The translations under genes were made by a program, and so were the position numbers. This document shows, piece by piece, positions 19,618 through 29,231 of a DNA stretch of 64,000 nucleotides; the first letter of the stretch is position 1, and every line of letters starts with the position of its first letter. The notes beneath the pieces were generated by a model, which did no database searches, was not told the origin of the DNA, and saw only the letters and a list, made by a program, of their open reading frames with translations. The stretch comes from an uncultured bacterium (GTDB lineage: Bacteria > Chloroflexota > UBA5177 > JANWHV01): positions 640,001 to 704,000 of the forward strand of contig CAWHAE010000010.1 in the NCBI GenBank assembly GCA_963827235.1. The letters are read 5' to 3'.

Positions 19618-21137
19618 GATGGCTCCGGATTCCCTGCGCTAGGCCAGCCAAACCCGATCAACAGCGAACTGCCCAGGCAAAGCAGCCCAGCAACCACCAT
19701 CAGGAGCATGCGACAATTCATGGAACCAATGCCTCGCGACAGGCTGTACATAAGCATAGCGATAGAGCCGGCCACCAAGACAGCTATGACCATCCTTCCC
19801 AAGTGCAGTCTGTAGCGGCGATCATCCACGAGAAGGTACAAACCAATAGAGAGGCCCAGGAGACTCGCGACGGTATGCGCCAGTGCAAAAACCGAGAGCG
19901 AGTCATGAGTGAGATCAAGCAGAATCGAGCCGCCAACAAGCAAGAACGCGAGCGAAGCGCAGGCTGATAGCATGGCAGCGCCGATCCTGTCCTGAGCCAC
20001 AAGCGTCCATATTACCAGTTGAACACCCAGGGAAGACACGATCATAGGCGCTAAGAACCTCAACGGTGTGCTGGCGAAGGCGTACTTATTCGCGAACAGG
20101 ATTGCGAGCAAGTCTCCAGAATAGCATATGAGGACCGTTGATCCGGCAATGCCACCGCACATCAGTATGCGGTAGAACACATCAAAGTAGTTGGCTGCCT
20201 CGGACCGCTTCTTCTGTGCCAGAAGCCAGCAATACCGGGGATAGTAGACCGCGTTCTGCATAATGTTGGATGCGCTGGCAGGAAACGTGGCGATAGAAAG
20301 CGCAAGACCAAAAGCCGCGTCCTCAGTGTAAAGGTTTAGAGAACCAAGGATAAGTGTTCCAAACATTCCGCTGAAGGCGGTGACTAGTGTCAGAATGTAG
20401 ATTCTACTAGCCGAAATAAGATCCCTGCGAAGCTCTCGATAAGCTAGTCGACGTAGTTGTGACTTAATCTTGAGGAGCGGAGGGAAGCAACCGATGGCGA
20501 TGCACATGGAAGGAAGGTAGGACAGGGCCACCAACGTGAAGATTAGACCGAAACGTGGGCGGTGCAAACCAATGGCGATTACTGAGGCGAGATAGAGAAG
20601 CGGAGGAAGCACCTGGAGCAGAGAGCCAAATACTGCCCATCCATAGCCTTGCAGAAACGAGACAAAGAAGTCGGTGATCAGCGCAGCCGAGCCAACGGCC
20701 AGGCCTGCGGCCACTGTGTCCATCTGTGCGGCCTTCAATAGGCACGCAGCGATCAGTAGTAGACCACAGGTGGCCACACGAGAGACTGAGAGGTGCGTAG
20801 CTTCTCGCAGGATAGTGGCATCGGTTGGCAGGGCGCTGTATCGAGCAGCCACAATCCTGCCTCTCGTGCCCAGTCCCATGCTGCCCACGAGTATGACCAC
20901 ACCCACAACGCTGAAGAAGAACACGACCTTGCCGTATTCGTCGGCGGGCATCGCGCGTGCAAGCAGTAGGCCGGTCGCCGCAGTGCTGACCGGCAGCGTG
21001 AAGCTCGCCGCTCCAACGAGCGCTATCTTCCAGCTCAGCCTGGAAGATACCGATCGAGCGAGCCTGCCAGGTTGGAAGCGGTGAATGCCTAACACCTGCA
21101 TCAGTCGCTCACAGCCCGGCTTGGCGGCGACCCACAA
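19614..21137 (-). CDS. Wzx/MOP-family oligosaccharide flippase
   Basis: LLARAMPADEYG start, about 12-14 TM segments and LFANKYAFASTPLRFLA. Confidence 0.85.
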   Translation of the reverse strand: MWVAAKPGCERLMQVLGIHRFQPGRLARSVSSRLSWKIALVGAASFTLPVSTAATGLLLARAMPADEYGKVVFFFSVVGVVILVGSMGLGTRGRIVAARYSALPTDATILREATHLSVSRVATCGLLLIAACLLKAAQMDTVAAGLAVGSAALITDFFVSFLQGYGWAVFGSLLQVLPPLLYLASVIAIGLHRPRFGLIFTLVALSYLPSMCIAIGCFPPLLKIKSQLRRLAYRELRRDLISASRIYILTLVTAFSGMFGTLILGSLNLYTEDAAFGLALSIATFPASASNIMQNAVYYPRYCWLLAQKKRSEAANYFDVFYRILMCGGIAGSTVLICYSGDLLAILFANKYAFASTPLRFLAPMIVSSLGVQLVIWTLVAQDRIGAAMLSACASLAFLLVGGSILLDLTHDSLSVFALAHTVASLLGLSIGLYLLVDDRRYRLHLGRMVIAVLVAGSIAMLMYSLSRGIGSMNCRMLLMVVAGLLCLGSSLLIGFGWPSAGNPEPS

Positions 21138-21224
21138 CCCAAGACCACGTCGTCACTGTGCGACACCTCACCGTCCGGACTCGCGTGTACGAAGAGAGGC
21201 ATTTCAGCGCACCAGTATCGTTGT

Positions 21225-22382
21225 TTACCACCGCACACGCCGCCCGCGACTGAGAAGATCAAGAGTCGGTGCCGCCCATACGGCGAAGTCTATCAAGGTG
21301 AGTGCCGGCAGGCACACCCAAAGCCGTCGTGGCGGCTTCCCGTAACCGAGGCGGGCCGCCATACCTACGTAGCGTATCTTGGCACAGACAGCCTGGCTGT
21401 ACAGGACCAGCCACGCGTAAGTGGGCAGACGCCCGAACACAGCTGAAAGAGAGGGCAGAAGCAGCATTACGAGTCCAGTGTGCGATGTCCTGAGCGTGAG
21501 CATGACGTCACGTTTCGACTTGTAGACCCGACCGAAGATCAACAGGTTGCGCAACCACCGAGACTGCTGTCGCCTATATGCTGCCAGAGTGCCTGGGTAC
21601 TCGGTAGCGACGACGCTTGACGCGACGTGCCGAATGCCGGCTCCGCGGTCGATGAGGCGCCGCGCAAGGTGATAGTCAGTGCCGGTCGCAGCCAAGAAGT
21701 CCAGGCCTCCTATGGTGCTGATGGCCGCTCGCGTTACAGCGGCATTCCGGCCCAGCAGGCCCTGCGCGTACGCGGGCGAGGAGGCATTGGATGCCAAATC
21801 CCGCGCCCATAGATAGTAGGGCAGTACTCTGCTGATCTGTCGATCCAGAGGTCGCGACCAGCCCGTCGTGACGACCTCCTCCTCGTTGACGATTGGCTCC
21901 AGAAGCCGAAGCAACGCCTCGTCATTGAGGCGACAATCAGCGTCAGTGAGATACATGACCTCGCCAACCGCACGCTCGAAACATCGGGCGAGAGCGTGCT
22001 GCTTGCCTTCGTTCGGTACTTGCTCCAGTACGACAATCCGCGATCCCGCGTGCTGCTTAGCCAGGTCAAACGTGTGATCGGAGCCGCCGGCGCACAGGAC
22101 GAGCTCGCAGTCAGGATAGGTCAGCGCCAGAAAAGAGGCGATATGTGCTTCAATGTGTGCCTGTTCATTCCAGGCGGCTACGAGAACGCTAACCTTCGGC
22201 GTGCGGGGCAACGAAGGCAGCTGCCGTCGCTGTGCCCGCAGCCTTTGCACGCTCGCCTTGTCGGTTTGCCACAGGAGCCAGTTCCGCGCCAGCACCGATA
22301 AAGTAGCGATAGCCACACATTGTTCCAGGTGACGGTTCAACGTGGTGCCGGCCTGCTTCAATAGCCGCATCATCGCATCCAA
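21225..22382 (-). CDS. Glycosyltransferase family 2, processive-type
   Basis: VSVLVAAWNE, GKQHAL, LTDAD, TD and QQSRW motifs. Confidence 0.92.
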   Translation of the reverse strand: MDAMMRLLKQAGTTLNRHLEQCVAIATLSVLARNWLLWQTDKASVQRLRAQRRQLPSLPRTPKVSVLVAAWNEQAHIEAHIASFLALTYPDCELVLCAGGSDHTFDLAKQHAGSRIVVLEQVPNEGKQHALARCFERAVGEVMYLTDADCRLNDEALLRLLEPIVNEEEVVTTGWSRPLDRQISRVLPYYLWARDLASNASSPAYAQGLLGRNAAVTRAAISTIGGLDFLAATGTDYHLARRLIDRGAGIRHVASSVVATEYPGTLAAYRRQQSRWLRNLLIFGRVYKSKRDVMLTLRTSHTGLVMLLLPSLSAVFGRLPTYAWLVLYSQAVCAKIRYVGMAARLGYGKPPRRLWVCLPALTLIDFAVWAAPTLDLLSRGRRVRW

Positions 22383-23695
22383 AACTCAGGCGCACTCGTT
22401 GTCGCCCAGGGTCGTCCTTTTTCCCAGAGATAGACAAGGCGGCCATTATGACTTCGAAACGCCAGTGTCCTTGAATCCTCGACCATGCGCAGGAACCTAC
22501 CCCGAAAGATGCAGTATTGCTCAAATTGGACGCCGCGCTCCGCGGGCGGTACGGTGCCTGAAACGTGAGCGGTCAGATACCGAAAGGCCTTGTCGCACCA
22601 CCCCACCACGTGCAACAAGTCCCTGGCGTCAGGAAGCCAGTCGGGTCGGCCGCTGGCCTGGCCGCCGAATCCAGTTGCTGTCTGGAGGCCGCCGGAGGTG
22701 TCCTGCCCACTCAGCATGTATGCCTCCGTAGCGCCAAGTCTCACCTCACCAGCATACGGTCTGAGGAGGTCGACGGCTCGCAGGACATCCCCTAAAGCAG
22801 CGAACCAGGCCGGAAAGCGGCTCGATCGTGAGTTGGCATAGACTACCGTTGGAAGCGAACCATCTGCCAAAGCCCATCGCTCGACAAAGAGCATGATCCG
22901 CCTTGCAGCGTCCAGATATCGCTCGCTCTTGGTCCAGGTGTAGGCTGCGACGAGTGCAGGTACGCAACGCGCATTGTAGATGGGAAAGTACTTCTCTACG
23001 ACTCGATCGCCAAGGGAATTCTGAGCGATTGCGCCGTCCAGTCTGCCGGCAGTTCCCCTCACCTGGTACTGCAAGATGCGCTCGATGTTCGGGAGCGCAT
23101 ATTGTTCGACCCAGGATCCGTCTCCGGTGAGCTCAGCGAGCAAGAACAGTGCTTCGCAGGCAGTGGCGGCCTTGTTCGGCACAAAAGAGCTTGTGCTGGG
23201 GCTGTCCCGGAACGAGCGCGTTTGTGCGTCCCACAACTTGACGAGATAGTAGGATTCCAGGTTGCGCTGAGCGCATGCACCGTATTTTTGCCATTCCGCG
23301 GAGCCAATCCGCCTTAAGGCCAGGGCAAGCCTCAGCAGGCCGGCATCGCAGGCCGCCTCATGAGGCGTGCCAGCGCTGGCTGGGTTGATCTCAAACGCCG
23401 AGGCCACGAAATGACCGGTCTCCAATTGGCCGGCGACAAGGTCATCGCCGGCCCGACATGCCTTGCGTAGCCAGCGCTCTTCGCCTGTGCGGACCCAAAG
23501 CTGCAAATAGCCGGCGATAATCCCTTCATATCGCCAGTCCATGGCGGGACCAGTAAAAAGCAGGCTCTGTTGCCACCAGTGGGCTACCGGGCCACCGTAC
23601 CCTCCGCCATCGGGCCCACGCATGGTATCCAACCACGCATCCAACTGGGCGACTGCAACGTCCACATGGCTGGTCGCACTCACAACAACCGACAT
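22370..23695 (-). CDS. Hypothetical protein, probable (alpha/alpha)-barrel glycan-modifying enzyme
   Basis: Repeated helical motifs (LWVRTGEERWL, LAELTGDGSWV, AYTWTKSERYL) typical of six-hairpin folds. Confidence 0.7.
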   Translation of the reverse strand: MSVVVSATSHVDVAVAQLDAWLDTMRGPDGGGYGGPVAHWWQQSLLFTGPAMDWRYEGIIAGYLQLWVRTGEERWLRKACRAGDDLVAGQLETGHFVASAFEINPASAGTPHEAACDAGLLRLALALRRIGSAEWQKYGACAQRNLESYYLVKLWDAQTRSFRDSPSTSSFVPNKAATACEALFLLAELTGDGSWVEQYALPNIERILQYQVRGTAGRLDGAIAQNSLGDRVVEKYFPIYNARCVPALVAAYTWTKSERYLDAARRIMLFVERWALADGSLPTVVYANSRSSRFPAWFAALGDVLRAVDLLRPYAGEVRLGATEAYMLSGQDTSGGLQTATGFGGQASGRPDWLPDARDLLHVVGWCDKAFRYLTAHVSGTVPPAERGVQFEQYCIFRGRFLRMVEDSRTLAFRSHNGRLVYLWEKGRPWATTSAPEFWMR

Positions 23696-24417
23696 TAGAC
23701 CCCGGATCCCGCCGCAGTCCGTCGAAGAATAGCCAACGCTACCGTCGACAGTGTCACCCGGAGGCCGGACGTCCGATATGCCAGGCGGCCCGCGAAGTGA
23801 AAGCGATCTGCAAGGTCCGGGCGGTCAAGTCGCTCCAGGACCCGGCTGACTTGGTTCAACGCGATGGCGGCAGGTGAATGCAGGCCGTAAACGCCGCTGA
23901 CGCTAAACCCACTGCACTTCAGGGCCCGGTAGAGGCGCCAGACTGCAGCCGGGTTCATGGCCACTGGATGACCCACCCACGTTCGACGTTCCGGAAGTAG
24001 GCGCGCCAGGGGCAGGGAGAGGATCAGAGCAAGCGGCGCTCCCGGCAATAGCTGGCAGGAAATCCTGTCGAGCTGCGTTCGCCAGTCTTCAACCATGGGC
24101 TCGAGCCATAGAGCGGCGCGTCCGTGCTGTGTTGTACTAACTGTCAAACGCTGTTGCACTTCTCGCTTCAGCTGCGGCACATTACAGTAAACCAGCACGC
24201 TGTCGCTCGCGGCACTTGTTAGCACCGCCGTTGCGACGTCGAGCGCATAGCGATACTCGAGCGGTGCCAGGTCGTACACGGGAAGAGCAACCCCGATCGC
24301 GGTGGCATCGTTCAAGCATACTTCCGACGTTCGCATGAGCACCGACTCCCGTGGAGCTTCCAACCGCCTACAGCTGTGCTTCAATACCCAGGAAGGACCT
24401 GAGCAGTGCGCCGACAT
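23695..24417 (-). CDS. Hypothetical protein, degenerate methyltransferase-like C-terminus
   Basis: LDRISCQLLPGAPLAL and LYRALKCSGFSV resemble SAM-MTase tails; no GxGxG motif. Start uncertain. Confidence 0.55.
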   Translation of the reverse strand: MSAHCSGPSWVLKHSCRRLEAPRESVLMRTSEVCLNDATAIGVALPVYDLAPLEYRYALDVATAVLTSAASDSVLVYCNVPQLKREVQQRLTVSTTQHGRAALWLEPMVEDWRTQLDRISCQLLPGAPLALILSLPLARLLPERRTWVGHPVAMNPAAVWRLYRALKCSGFSVSGVYGLHSPAAIALNQVSRVLERLDRPDLADRFHFAGRLAYRTSGLRVTLSTVALAILRRTAAGSGV

Positions 24418-24423
24418 CTCGTC

Positions 24424-25458
24424 CTACGTCCGCAATATCAGCCGCGCCGCGTTCGCGTAGTAAACCTGCAGAAGGATATCGTCGGGTAGGCTGACGCCGT
24501 AGATGTTCCAGCGCCCTTCACGGCTGATCGGGCGGGCGCCATACGGGAAGTACTCGTCCTCGGTCTCGAGGAATCGGCAATAGGGTGCGTAGACAGACAC
24601 ATCATTTGGCATGAAGTCCAGGCCAAACAGGATGCGATCTGGATGCCGCTCGAATAGCCGGCGCGCTGAATAGGGCTGCCGACCCAACCCGGCCACACTG
24701 GACGAAATGTCTATGTTGAACTGCGGATAGGTATCCAACATCCTGCTGACCCAGGCCAGATCCTCAACGTAGCATCCTACGTGAGCGCCGATGAAGGTGG
24801 TTCTCGGATGGCGGCAAACCAGGTGTTCGAATTGCTCGATAAGGACTGCGAAGCGTGGGAACCGCGAGTCGTGGAAATCGTACCAGGGATGCGCGCGCAT
24901 GTCCTCCCACCGCTCATTGAATCGGTTAGGCGGTTGAAAGAAGGCCGGCGCATCCGCCACGTGGACCATAACCGGAATGCCAAGCTGACCCGCCGCCTCC
25001 CACATGTCAACAAGGCGGGCGTCGTCCACCGGAATCAGACGGCCATGCCTATCACGCAGGCAGAGCCCGAGGTCCTTCCAGACCTTTAGACCACGTGCAC
25101 CACGACGCACGCTGTCCTCTAGCTGCTTAGCCATTCGAGCACCAAAATCCGGCTTGGCCAGTAGGTGCCAGTCGTTGCGAGCGAACGTCACGAATCGGCC
25201 GGGGTGGGCTCGGTCGTATCAATCCAGGTTCGCCTCTAGCTCTGCCCCCCACATTCCGTCCAAATTGCAGATCGTGCGAATATTGCACGCGTCGAGAATG
25301 CCAAGCAGGTCCGAGACATTCGGGCACCTCCAATCGAGATCCGCGGTTCGCCATCGGCCCAGGTGACTATGCGCGTCGACGGCGGTGAACCTGGGCTGAC
25401 TGACATGATGCTGCCCGTTGACCAGCATCGACCGCGGCTCATAATCGGCCAGATACAT
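24424..25458 (-). pseudogene. Amidohydrolase_2 family gene interrupted by an in-frame TGA at 25219-25221
   Basis: VDAHSHLG...ELEANLD*YDRAHPGRFVTF...GLKVWKDLGL...IGAHVG...RILFGLD; the two ORF pieces share one reading frame. Confidence 0.88.
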
Positions 25459-25571
25459 ATCGTGGCGTGACGACCAAGACCGCCACATGTCGACGCACTG
25501 CCGCACGACAGGCCGAAGGCGCCTGAACTTCACTTGGGTCAGTTTACGTTTCTCGGGGCATGGGCCAAATG

Positions 25572-26876
25572 TCACGGGTCTGGGACCTGGCGAGATACAT
25601 CTGGACGCATTGCCCACTCAGGTCGGGATGTGCCCCGTTGCCACGCGAGCACCTGTTCGTAGACCTCCTCCAATTGTTCGCCAATGCATTGCCAGTCATA
25701 GCGGGACTCAACTTTGCGTCGCCCGGCAAGGCCCATAGCTTTGCGTGCCATCTCATCGCCGAATACTCGACTGATTGCCTCTGCGAGAGCCGCAGCGTCG
25801 GCCGGCGGCACCAGCAAGCCGTCCCGGCCGTGGTCCACGACCGTCCGGACACCGGGCAGATTGCTTGCGATCACCGGGGCGCCACTGGCCAGCGATTCCA
25901 GCAGCACGAGACCAAAAGCCTCACCCATGGTGGTCGACGGCAGCACTGTAACGTCCGCGAGCCGGTAGTAATCAGGTAAGTCGCAGTCGGCAACTCGACC
26001 GGCGAAACTCACTCGATCGGCCAAGCCCAGGCCGGCCGCGGCCGCTTCGTACTGGCGCCGCAGATCTCCATCGCCAACAATTACGCTCTTCACGTTGGCA
26101 GGCAAAGCGGCGAGCGCAGAAAGCAGCACATCCACGCCCTTGAAATAGTGAGCTCGATCCAACCCGGCTACCAGAAGCACAACCCTATCGCCCGGCGAGG
26201 CGCGGTACCGCTCGCTCAACTCGCGTGAAGGAGCACCCGGCGCAAAGACCGAGGCATCAACTCCATTGGCGAGCGCGCCGATCTGCCGATGGCGGAGCAT
26301 GGGCCGGACATGCGAGGCGCGTCCGTAATCCGCCGACGTGAACAACACCCGCGCCGCCGAACGCAATGTGATGTGCCCAACTGAAGCGCGTAAGATCCGC
26401 TCTACTCCACCGAGCAGCCCGTTCAGGAGTACATCCTGGTGGTAAGTGATCACGAGAGGAATACGCCGCACGCGGGCGGCAAGCGCGGTGGCCTCACCAC
26501 CCAAGAACGGGTAATGGAGGTGGATCACGTCGAAGGCGTGAAGAGCCACGACGAGCTGTGGGGTAAGCGGCGCATTACCGACGCGCACCAGCGGGCGGAA
26601 CCGGTGGACGTGGACACCGTCGCCTACGGACTCCGCGGGGTACCCGGGTGCGGCGGCCGTGAACACATGCACGCAGTGGCCACGACGCGCCAGTTCGCGA
26701 GCATCATGGAAGCAGACGTTGCCCGTCCCGCCGCGGTAAGGCGGATACGTCGCCGTCACATGCGCGATCCGCAGCCTTGGGGACTTGCGCGTGCGGCGCC
26801 ACGTACGTGGCGCTAAGTCTGGCGCATCTGAGCCACCGTCGACGATAGCCGATGCGTTAGCGGGCAGATCCGTCAT
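25572..26876 (-). CDS. Glycosyltransferase family 4
   Basis: YPPYRGGTG, YFKGVDVL and LPSTTMGEAFGLVLLESLASGAPVI motifs. Confidence 0.95.
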   Translation of the reverse strand: MTDLPANASAIVDGGSDAPDLAPRTWRRTRKSPRLRIAHVTATYPPYRGGTGNVCFHDARELARRGHCVHVFTAAAPGYPAESVGDGVHVHRFRPLVRVGNAPLTPQLVVALHAFDVIHLHYPFLGGEATALAARVRRIPLVITYHQDVLLNGLLGGVERILRASVGHITLRSAARVLFTSADYGRASHVRPMLRHRQIGALANGVDASVFAPGAPSRELSERYRASPGDRVVLLVAGLDRAHYFKGVDVLLSALAALPANVKSVIVGDGDLRRQYEAAAAGLGLADRVSFAGRVADCDLPDYYRLADVTVLPSTTMGEAFGLVLLESLASGAPVIASNLPGVRTVVDHGRDGLLVPPADAAALAEAISRVFGDEMARKAMGLAGRRKVESRYDWQCIGEQLEEVYEQVLAWQRGTSRPEWAMRPDVSRQVPDP

Positions 26877-26969
26877 CGCATCCCTGCGCTTCCCCGACAG
26901 CTTAAGGACGGCTCACTGGCGGTCGAGCGCGGAGTCACAATACCGGCCCACACGGCCTGCAGGGTCGGT

Positions 26970-27203
26970 CTAGCCGGCACCGGCGATCTTCACTCCCATG
27001 ATGCACACGAGACTGACGAGAAGGGGCAGAATGCCGATATTCAGCACACGCCCCCACCGAATGGCGCGTGTGCTGTTACCCGCCGATGCTACCTCTTTCA
27101 TCACCAGGAGCGCAATAAGGGTCAGCGTCAGCATCAGACCCAGCGCTGCTCCGAATGTGATCACCGTCGTGGTCGTAACCGTCGTCGTCACCGTCGTCAT
27201 CAA
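26970..27203 (-). CDS. Small Thr-rich two-TM membrane protein heading the glycan operon
   Basis: MMTTVTTTVTTTTVITFGAALGLMLTLTLIALLVMKEVASAG...LNIGILPLLVSLVCIMGVKIAGAG; strong GGGAGG RBS. Confidence 0.85.
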   Translation of the reverse strand: MMTTVTTTVTTTTVITFGAALGLMLTLTLIALLVMKEVASAGNSTRAIRWGRVLNIGILPLLVSLVCIMGVKIAGAG

Positions 27204-27519
27204 GATCCTCCCGCCTTGCGCCCATCGCCCGGAATCAACACTTCACATCATCCCTGAGTCCTTCTGTCGTCGTTCGAGGTCGCTCGCGCACCAGGAGAAT
27301 ATGGCGTACTTCTGTGCCGGTATGTTGTTCTATTCGTCCAGGATATCGATAACCGTCGAGAAGTTCAAGACGATCAGCCCCACGATCCGACCGCTCGGCA
27401 AGGCCAGCCGAGCATAGTAAACACCCAGCGCGCGGGAAGACGCACTGAGCAGCCAAGGTGAGCGCTAGAAACTGAGCAGACCGATCGTCGCCAAGACCAA
27501 TAGCACGATTGGTCAGCCT

Positions 27520-27619
27520 CACCTTAGCACAAAAGAAACGGGTCCGCAATGGTGGCAAGACATTATAGCGGTTCCCTTCGAAACTGCAATAGCATTATCC
27601 AGCTATGTCACGGTAGTAC
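27520..27619 (-). promoter_or_regulatory. Conserved tandem promoter/operator block, copy A
   Basis: Minus strand TTGCAG-16-TATAAT and TTGCGG-17-TAAGGT, plus palindrome ATAGC-N8-GCTAT; 73/100 nt gapless identity to 30396-30495. Confidence 0.85.
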
Positions 27620-27679
27620 AGACGGCAGGTCTTCCACCGGCTCCGGGCGCTAACGAATGCGGCTGCAGGCCGGCCCGGG

Positions 27680-27830
27680 AGACCGGGGGGCAACTCGATG
27701 CGCTGTTCATAAGCAGACGAGTGTGGCTCGTAGTGGCCCTCCTCGTGCTTGCCGTGACCGGCTACCCCGCCACGCTGGAGCGCAAGACCTCGCCGGCAAT
27801 GATCGCCGGGCGCACCGCCTTGAACCTTCG
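27680..27830 (+). pseudogene. Remnant of the 5' end of a DUF4012 gene paralogue
   Basis: VWLVVALLVLAVTGY...AMIAGRTALNL aligns with LLLLFLALLAAAGY...TMAGRTALNL of the 30570 gene. Confidence 0.75.
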
Positions 27831-27997
27831 CGAGCTGGGCCAACGGGTACCAGGCGACTCATCGCGAACGTCGTGCGTGAAAGCAGCCATGCTGCCTCTT
27901 GCCAGTGATATGCTACAGGAAGTCCGGCCGCAGTTACCGCCGAAGCCAGCAGGGGCAGGGCGCGATCACAGGCACTCCCGAGTCTAGGGACGAAAGC

Positions 27998-29068
27998 ATG
28001 AAGGACCAGGTTCCCCGAGCCAGCGTCATCATAGTCAGCTGGAACAGCCGAGAACATCTCCAGACGTGCCTGAACTCGTTGCTAGAGCACAGAGGCGATG
28101 ATTGTGAAGTCGTACTGCTCGACAACAATTCCGTGGACGGCAGCGCCGACTTTGTCGAGCAATCTTATCCGTGGGTTCATCTCGTGCGCTCGCAGGTCAA
28201 CTGCGGCTTCGCGGCAGGGAACAACCGAGCCGTCGCCGCCTCGAGTGGCTCCTACGTGGTCGGGCTCAATCCAGACACGGAGGTGACCGCTGGCTGGCTT
28301 GACGCTTTGCTGAGGCCGCTGGAAGGGCCCCGGAATGGGAGGACAGGATCGCTCCGAGTTGGGCTTACAACGCCGCGGCTGCTGATGATGCAGAACCACG
28401 ACATAGTCAACGCATGTGGCGACATGACGCACTACACGGGCATCACGATTTGCCGGGGTTTCGGTCAGCGCAGCGAGCAGCCCGAGTTCGCCCGGGCACG
28501 CGAGGTGTCTGTAATATCCGGCGCTTGTTTCGCTCTAAGCCGCGCACTTTGGGATGAGTTGCACGGCTTTGACTCAAACATCTTCGCATACCTAGAAGAT
28601 ACCGATCTCTCCTTGCGAGCACGGACGCTGGGCTACGGGACCCTATACGTGCCAGATGCAATTGTCTATCACAGGTATGGAAACTCATTCCCAGCCAGCA
28701 AGTTTTATTATCTGGAACGCAACAGAGAACTGATGATTCTGAAGGTCTTTTCTGCACGTACGATTCTGCTCATGCTGCCGGCGCTCCTGCTAACCGAGTG
28801 TATTACTTGGGCGTTCGCGTTATGGAAAGGACCAGCATACATTGCAGAGAAGGTCCGCGCCTATGCCTGGCTCATAGCGCATGCGCCCACGGTGATCGCC
28901 GCTCACAACGTTGTGCAGCGCAGGCGCACGCTCGGCGACTCCGCCATTTTACAGGCTCTGACCCGGAAGTTGGATTTTTCGCAGCTGCTGCCGCCCGGGG
29001 CGGCCCGCCTCGCCGGGGTCGCTGCAAATCCGCTCTTTATTCTCGTGCGGATGTGGCTGGGAAGGTAG
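27998..29068 (+). CDS. Glycosyltransferase family 2 (WbbL/rhamnosyltransferase-like)
   Basis: SVIIVSWN, DNNSVDGS, GFAAGNN, LNPDT, SGACF and YLEDTDLSLR motifs. Confidence 0.93.
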   Translation: MKDQVPRASVIIVSWNSREHLQTCLNSLLEHRGDDCEVVLLDNNSVDGSADFVEQSYPWVHLVRSQVNCGFAAGNNRAVAASSGSYVVGLNPDTEVTAGWLDALLRPLEGPRNGRTGSLRVGLTTPRLLMMQNHDIVNACGDMTHYTGITICRGFGQRSEQPEFARAREVSVISGACFALSRALWDELHGFDSNIFAYLEDTDLSLRARTLGYGTLYVPDAIVYHRYGNSFPASKFYYLERNRELMILKVFSARTILLMLPALLLTECITWAFALWKGPAYIAEKVRAYAWLIAHAPTVIAAHNVVQRRRTLGDSAILQALTRKLDFSQLLPPGAARLAGVAANPLFILVRMWLGR

Positions 29069-29231
29069 TTGCTGGATCTGCACACGTAGACCCAGCATCG
29101 GGTGGCCCGTGAGAGACATCGCCCGGCCCTGCTGGTATGTGCTGAGTAGCATTCCGGTTGGGGTGCCCATCCAGGCCAGCCATCAGACCAGCAGGTTCGC
29201 CCCGCCTAGTCTGCACAACAGCCCACAAAGC

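Noticed and set aside
25219-25221. Selenocysteine or Trp recoding of the in-frame TGA
   Set aside because: The context (NLD*YDRAHPGRF) is a non-catalytic helix best explained by CGA>TGA. No SECIS-like hairpin was recognised and TGA ends many genes here.
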